The position numbers were made by a program, and so were the translations under genes. The notes below the pieces were generated by a model. It worked only from the letters and a program-made list of their open reading frames with translations. It did no database searches and was not told the DNA's origin. A DNA stretch of 11,598 bases from Promethearchaeota archaeon (GTDB lineage Archaea > Asgardarchaeota > Lokiarchaeia > Sigyniarchaeales > SOKP01): assembly GCA_004524535.1 (NCBI GenBank), contig SDNY01000109.1:1-11598 (forward strand), read 5' to 3'. This document shows positions 6,175 to 11,598 of the stretch, in pieces. Every line of letters starts with the position of its first letter. Within the stretch, counting starts at the first letter, position 1.

Positions 6175-8787
6175 ATGAGAGAACTTAAAGGATCTAAATT
6201 AAATTGTGTTGCCTTCCCATTAGGCGGTATTGGAACAGGTAATATTTCTATAGCAGGGGATGGCAGTTTAAGACAGTGGCAAATTGTAAATAATGTCAAT
6301 CATTTAGGATTTGTTCCTGAATCTTTTTTCTTTTTACAAACCCGACTAGAAGGATCGAATAGTTGGCTCACAAAACTCCTTGAAAAGAACATTAAATTAC
6401 CACAAGACTATAAACCTGCTGAATCTGTTAATGATTATATTATCCCTCCTGATATTTTAGAGCGTCATAAAATCTATGATTGTTTCGAAGACTTAGAGTT
6501 TAAGGGTGAATACCCTTTTGCGAAGATTGTTTATCATGATCCAAAAATTCCCATTGAAATTCAGCTTGAAGCATGGAATCCCATGATTCCACTTGATATA
6601 AAAAACTCTGCTTTACCAATTATTATTTTTAACTTTAAAGTGAGAAACCCTAATGAAAACCATTCAGTGCAAATTCGTATTGGCGGGAGTATACTAAATT
6701 TTATAGGTTGGGATGGCATTTCTGAATTAGATCAGAATTTTTATCCTAATTTTTATAAAAATAAAAATAGTAAATCATCAATTAATAATGCCTGTGGAAT
6801 TCATATGTATTCTGAGAACACGGTACTTGATGACATGTTGCACGGAGAGATCTTTTTTGCCTCACTGGAAAAAGATTGTATGATCTTTCCCTCTGTTGTC
6901 AATTTGATAGAATTTCTAAAAGAATCGAATTTGAAAGGAAAACAATTTGACACAACAGAGTCTTCTGCTCATGGAAAGTCGTGGCGCGGGATAATATTAA
7001 ATGAATTCTCTCTCTCCCCATTGGAAGAAAGGAATATTATATTTATACTAGGATGGTCTTTCCCAAATAGGTATCAAAACTGGGATAAAAATTTATATCG
7101 TAAAGTTAAAGTTGATCAAAAGAGTAAATTTTGGCTTGGAAATAGATACAATAGATGGTTCAGAAATGTAAAAGATATTATTAAACATACTATAGAAAAT
7201 CTTGAATTACTTGAGACTCAAACAAGAGCTTTTCATAGGCTAATTTTCAATACAACACTCCCTGATGAGATAATTGACTCAATTTCGGCAACAATGTCAA
7301 CCATTAGAACACCTTCATGTTTTATCACTAAAAAAGGTGATTTCATGGGATTTGAGGGTTGTTGTGGTGCCAGCACCTCACACCATACTGAAGCTTATGG
7401 TGGTTGCTGTCCAATGAACTGTACACATGTTTGGAATTATGCTGTTACACAAGCAAGATTATATCCCACATTAGAGATTTCTATGTTAGAGAACGAATTT
7501 AATCGTGTAACTCAGAAAGGTCTTTTACCACATAGATTAGTTGTACCTACCTATTTGCCCCAACTTGAGGACACTCGAATAGGGGGCCCAGAGCGCCCTG
7601 CAATGGATGGTTTATTCGGATGTATTCTAAAAACATATAGAATATTATTAACCACGAATGATTTTGAATGGTTTAAAAAGGCTTATCCTAAATTAAGAAA
7701 AATGATGAGTCATATATTTGAGGAGTGTGATCCCAAAGAGCAAGGTGTTATTGAAGGAGAACAACCAAATACTTATGATATTTCTTTTTATGGAAAAAAT
7801 TTATTTATCGGGGGTCTATATCTTGTCGCATTAAAAGCTTTTGAAATATTGGCAGAAATGGTATATGATAATGATTTCAAAGAGAAGTGTATAAGAAGAT
7901 TTAATAATGGAAAGAGGAATTATGATACAACATTATGGAATGGAGAATATTGGATTCAGAAATATGATGAAAAGAAACATAATCACTCTCAATATGGAAT
8001 AGGCTGTCTCTCTGACCAACTTTTTGGTCAGTTCTGGGCATATATGCTCCATTTAGGTTCTCTTTTACCTGATGATAAGCTTGAAACTACATTAGATAGT
8101 ATAATGAAATATAATTTTAAGGAGGATTTTTTTGGGATCATTCAGAAACCTAGAGTTTTCGCCTCTGAACATGACAAAGGATTATTGGTTTGTTCGTGGC
8201 CCCAGGGAGGGGAGCCAAGAAATCCATTTCCCTACGCTCATGAAGTTTGGACAGGAATGGAATATGAGGTTGCAGCTTTAATGATTGATCATGGTAAATT
8301 AGATAATGCGTTAAAAATTTTAAAAGCAGTTCGTGATCGCTATGATGGAACATATAGAAATCCTTGGAATGAAGTCGAATGTGGTGATCACTACATTCGA
8401 GCAATGTCTTCATGGAGAGTATTTGAAGCTGCATTAGGATATCATTGGAATGCGATTGATAAAAGAATTAATTTCTTCCCTCAATATGAGAATAATCCCT
8501 TTCAAGCGTTTTTTATTACTAATTCATCATGGGGATTGATTAAAACAGTTCTAAGTGAAAAAACAGTGGAAATTTTAATTAAACCACAGTTTGGAACGCT
8601 TGAACTGAAATCTCTAAAGATTTGGAAACCAGAAGGAATTAATCATATGATTGATGAGGTAAGTATTAATGGATCGTCAATTAAGACTGATTTAGAAATT
8701 TTTAGTGTAGATGATAAAATTAAATTAAATTTTAATGAAACTATAATCATAAGTTCTAATCAAAAATTAGAAATAAAAATAAGATAA
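6175..8787 (+). CDS. Glycoside hydrolase family 116 (GBA2-like beta-glucosidase/glucosylceramidase)
   Basis: AFPLGGIGTGNI, GEYPFA, HVWNY, EGEQPNTYD, GCLSDQLFGQFWA, EVWTGMEY and RYDG..RNPWNEVECGDHYIRAMSSW; 870 aa. Confidence 0.9.
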   Translation: MRELKGSKLNCVAFPLGGIGTGNISIAGDGSLRQWQIVNNVNHLGFVPESFFFLQTRLEGSNSWLTKLLEKNIKLPQDYKPAESVNDYIIPPDILERHKIYDCFEDLEFKGEYPFAKIVYHDPKIPIEIQLEAWNPMIPLDIKNSALPIIIFNFKVRNPNENHSVQIRIGGSILNFIGWDGISELDQNFYPNFYKNKNSKSSINNACGIHMYSENTVLDDMLHGEIFFASLEKDCMIFPSVVNLIEFLKESNLKGKQFDTTESSAHGKSWRGIILNEFSLSPLEERNIIFILGWSFPNRYQNWDKNLYRKVKVDQKSKFWLGNRYNRWFRNVKDIIKHTIENLELLETQTRAFHRLIFNTTLPDEIIDSISATMSTIRTPSCFITKKGDFMGFEGCCGASTSHHTEAYGGCCPMNCTHVWNYAVTQARLYPTLEISMLENEFNRVTQKGLLPHRLVVPTYLPQLEDTRIGGPERPAMDGLFGCILKTYRILLTTNDFEWFKKAYPKLRKMMSHIFEECDPKEQGVIEGEQPNTYDISFYGKNLFIGGLYLVALKAFEILAEMVYDNDFKEKCIRRFNNGKRNYDTTLWNGEYWIQKYDEKKHNHSQYGIGCLSDQLFGQFWAYMLHLGSLLPDDKLETTLDSIMKYNFKEDFFGIIQKPRVFASEHDKGLLVCSWPQGGEPRNPFPYAHEVWTGMEYEVAALMIDHGKLDNALKILKAVRDRYDGTYRNPWNEVECGDHYIRAMSSWRVFEAALGYHWNAIDKRINFFPQYENNPFQAFFITNSSWGLIKTVLSEKTVEILIKPQFGTLELKSLKIWKPEGINHMIDEVSINGSSIKTDLEIFSVDDKIKLNFNETIIISSNQKLEIKIR

Positions 8788-8868
8788 ATGTATTAGAAAA
8801 TCTAACTCTCTCATTGTTTTTAAAAGATAAGATCAAATTTTATAATTAGGGAAATATTTTGAATAAGT

Positions 8869-9549
8869 ATGGGAGACATGGAACAATATCTGCAACCTAC
8901 TGAATTTTTAGACTTTCATAAGAAAAAAGTAAAGGATAAAGCACTTGAGATTACGAAAGACATAGAGAGTAATAAAGATAAAGCCGTTGCCCTTTTTTAT
9001 TGGGTACGTGATGAAATAAAGTACAACGCATACTCCTATTATCCGAAAGTAAAAGCAAACCTAAAGGCATCAGTAACACTTCGAAGAAAAAACGGTTTTT
9101 GTATGTCAAAAGCGACTTTATTATCGACCTTTGCCCGTGCAGTAGGCATTCCTGCACGGATCCATATGGTTGACATTATCAATCATAAAATCTCTCAAAG
9201 GTTACGTGATCTAATGGGTACTGCTGCCTTTTATTGTCATGCGTATAGTGAATTATATTTAAACGGTAAATGGGTGAAAGCTACACCCGTTTTTGATAAA
9301 AATACATGCATTAAAGGGGATTTTTTCCCAATGATTGAGTTTGATGGAGAAAATGATGCCCTTTTTTCTGAAGTTGATACAAAAGGGAATAAATTTATAG
9401 AATATATAGGAGATTGGGGCGTTTATGCAGATGTTCCTATTGATAAAATTGATCAGATTTTTACCAAAGAATATCCTGAGTGGTATAATAATCCGGATCT
9501 TTTACTTGCGAATTCAATGAAAAAGGGCTCATTGAAGCTTAATAAATGA
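8869..9549 (+). CDS. Transglutaminase-like cysteine protease domain protein
   Basis: YLQPTEFLDF, ALFYWVRDEIKY, ASVTL...GFCMSKATLL...ARAVGIPAR (catalytic Cys) and HAYSELYLNGKWVKATP (catalytic His). Confidence 0.85.
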   Translation: MGDMEQYLQPTEFLDFHKKKVKDKALEITKDIESNKDKAVALFYWVRDEIKYNAYSYYPKVKANLKASVTLRRKNGFCMSKATLLSTFARAVGIPARIHMVDIINHKISQRLRDLMGTAAFYCHAYSELYLNGKWVKATPVFDKNTCIKGDFFPMIEFDGENDALFSEVDTKGNKFIEYIGDWGVYADVPIDKIDQIFTKEYPEWYNNPDLLLANSMKKGSLKLNK

Positions 9550-9572
9550 CATTAAAAATGAATAAAATTATA

Positions 9573-9983
9573 TTACCAAAAACTCTTTTCAAATTTAATA
9601 ATGGGATCTTCAATGGATTCTTTTATTTCTTTCTGAAAGCCAGAGAAAATCTCAATATCACCATTCCAGTTTTTTAATTTATCCTCATATAACTCAAAAA
9701 ACCTTTCTATAATTTTATTTAATTCTTTATGAACCTTATTTTCTTTATATTTTTTTTCTGAATTTGCTATAAAAAGGATATTCTCTCTTTTTAAGAATGA
9801 AAACCTTTTATTACTCATATCAAAACTATCAACTCCGGAATCCGAGATTTCATGAGCAAATGAGTCTAATGCGCTCATAAATCCTCCAAAAAGTTGTGCG
9901 TTAACTTTTTCATCATAAACACGACTAAAAATAGCTAATCCTGACTCGTTAAGAATCCAAATATCTTGTAAGACTTTACCCAT
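9573..9983 (-). CDS. Longin/roadblock-like small domain protein (Asgard-type)
   Basis: 136 aa. IWILNESGLAIFSR..LFGGFMSALDSFAHEI..FSFLKRENILFIANS..LNKIIERFFELY..W.GDIEIFSGF matches the longin pattern from recall; not verified by a profile search. Confidence 0.7.
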   Translation of the reverse strand: MGKVLQDIWILNESGLAIFSRVYDEKVNAQLFGGFMSALDSFAHEISDSGVDSFDMSNKRFSFLKRENILFIANSEKKYKENKVHKELNKIIERFFELYEDKLKNWNGDIEIFSGFQKEIKESIEDPIIKFEKSFW

Positions 9984-10032
9984 AAATATCTCACTTTAGT
10001 TTTATAATTAATAATATTTTTTTTTAAGATTT

Positions 10033-10752
10033 TTATTTTGAGAACTTAACCGTAAATATGGATACTCCATAAACGAAAAGAACTAATCCTAAAACCTTTA
10101 ATATAAGCGAAATAAAATAAATCAATATTCTAATCTGAGCTAATGCATTTAATATTAATTCTGCAGTAATTAAGGCTCCTAATATATATAAGATTATTCC
10201 GCTTCCCAATGTTATACTAGGAATACGATATGGTGAAGGTTTCCATGCAAGATAAAAAAAATAAATAGGTATCATTATACCAATTATTAAGAATCTAAGA
10301 TCAAAATAAGAAAGAATTTCAAACTCTTGAGAATTATTAACTGGATAAAGAAATTGGATAATACCTAAAATCATTATAACATATGCTAATAAACCCTTTA
10401 ATTTAAAATCAAATGTTTTTAAATCAGTTATAAAGATAAAAACTGTAGCACCTATAGAATTAATTAACATTGCAACTTTCCACCATAATAAATTAGGCAT
10501 TTGATAATATGTTTGAGAGTGAAATTTTGTAAGAAAGAAGTCAAAATAAAAAAAAATAATTCTTGATATAAGCATACTTACAACAAAAATAAAAACTCCA
10601 AATATGAAACCAAAATTAAAAATACCAGCTTCTTTTTTTTGATAATAAATTTTTATTCCAAGAAATAAACAAAGAACTAATTTAACAACTATTAATATAA
10701 TAGTTAGAACAAAAAAAGTATTAAACTCTAATTCGCTTATTTGTAGGAACAT
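10033..10752 (-). CDS. Hypothetical integral membrane protein, about 7 TM helices
   Basis: 239 aa with seven hydrophobic segments by eye and no soluble domain. Confidence 0.75.
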   Translation of the reverse strand: MFLQISELEFNTFFVLTIILIVVKLVLCLFLGIKIYYQKKEAGIFNFGFIFGVFIFVVSMLISRIIFFYFDFFLTKFHSQTYYQMPNLLWWKVAMLINSIGATVFIFITDLKTFDFKLKGLLAYVIMILGIIQFLYPVNNSQEFEILSYFDLRFLIIGIMIPIYFFYLAWKPSPYRIPSITLGSGIILYILGALITAELILNALAQIRILIYFISLILKVLGLVLFVYGVSIFTVKFSK

Positions 10753-10941
10753 GATTTATCAAGAATTAAATATATAGATCATTTTAAAAAATTTTCTAAA
10801 AGCTACTAGAATTTATTATTATGATAAAATTTATCAGAATTTCATAATCCATTTCGCTTTCATTTTGAATTATTATTTTAAAGGGTTTAAACCAATGAAA
10901 AAGGAGATAATAATGCTAAATAAATAAAATCAAATAAGAAA

Positions 10942-11598
10942 TTAAGAAAAATAACTTTCTTTAAGGCCTAGTTCTCTTAAATAAATTTTAAATTTACCTA
11001 GCTTACCTCCGTAATTGCCAGAAGAAATTTTAATTAATCCCTCCATATCGATTATTCCTTGGATGGATTTTGACATTGCTTCTTTAATACTATCAATATC
11101 AATACCATTAAAGACAATTTCAGGGATAGATTTCACACTCTCAGGAACTTTAAAATCCTCTAGAGATAGTTTATCTTTTAATGTTGGACAGAAGGAATGA
11201 TTAGTTGATGGGCCTATATCTGGAAAGTTAGTATCTGGTTTGGAGCCAGCCGAACAAACATCAAAAGTCGTACAAACATTATCTATTTCAGCAATAATCT
11301 TTACTGCCTCTCTTCCTATCTTAATTCCAGAATTAACAGAATCGCAAAATAACCATAAATTTCCACCCATTACTCCTTTTGCATAAGAGAGTTCTTTTTC
11401 AATTAAAAAATCGTATCCCATCATAATTGGTACGGAAATTAAGTTGCGGTCAAATTTTTCAATTATCTCTTCATATCCATCTCCACAATGCCCTACGTTA
11501 TTCATCATATTAAATTTAGTTTCTATTTTGTTTGGGTATGCATCAAATACGGCAGTTGTTGGAACAACCAAGATTCCTTGCCGCATTCTTCTTCCAAG
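10942..11598 (-). CDS. ftr: Formylmethanofuran:tetrahydromethanopterin formyltransferase, 5' end outside the window
   Basis: RMRQGILVVPTTAVFDA, GDGYE, GVMGGNL, SAGSKP, STNHSFCPTLK, EIVFNG and GNYGGKLG. The frame is open to the window edge (LGRRMRQ), so 11586 is an internal Met. Confidence 0.9.
   Translation of the reverse strand, partial: LGRRMRQGILVVPTTAVFDAYPNKIETKFNMMNNVGHCGDGYEEIIEKFDRNLISVPIMMGYDFLIEKELSYAKGVMGGNLWLFCDSVNSGIKIGREAVKIIAEIDNVCTTFDVCSAGSKPDTNFPDIGPSTNHSFCPTLKDKLSLEDFKVPESVKSIPEIVFNGIDIDSIKEAMSKSIQGIIDMEGLIKISSGNYGGKLGKFKIYLRELGLKESYFS

Noticed and set aside
430-11200. Small ORFs 430..732, 1835..2134, 3804..4007, 5370..5618, 5850..6053, 6090..6299, 8150..8434, 8951..9157 and 11015..11200
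   Set aside because: All are antisense shadows of well-supported genes and show no recognisable motifs.
11584-11586. ATG 11586 as the ftr start
   Set aside because: The frame is open to the window edge and the N-terminal part of Ftr is missing; this is truncation by the window.

Overview
AT-rich archaeal DNA. An Ftr gene, a stand-alone longin-like gene and a 7-TM gene suggest an Asgard archaeon (Lokiarchaeia-like); this is inferred from gene content, not from a marker search. Left to right: a VapBC-type toxin-antitoxin pair flanked by 62-bp direct repeats, a CPBP/CAAX protease, a GlcD-like FAD oxidoreductase, an accessory stretch (Phd/YefM-RelE/ParE pair plus a decayed HTH-HNH endonuclease), a GlcF/HdrD-like 4Fe-4S/CCG protein, a GH116 glycosidase, a transglutaminase-like protein, longin-like and 7-TM genes, and the 3' part of ftr. 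The main finding is that the Fe-S gene appears to start at 4902, not 4978. It is interrupted by a 31-nt intron (4955-4985) with a canonical bulge-helix-bulge (BHB) motif. Removing the intron at the standard endonuclease cut sites removes a stop codon, corrects the frame and rebuilds the first CxxCxxC cluster motif. This predicts tRNA-type splicing of a metabolic mRNA.
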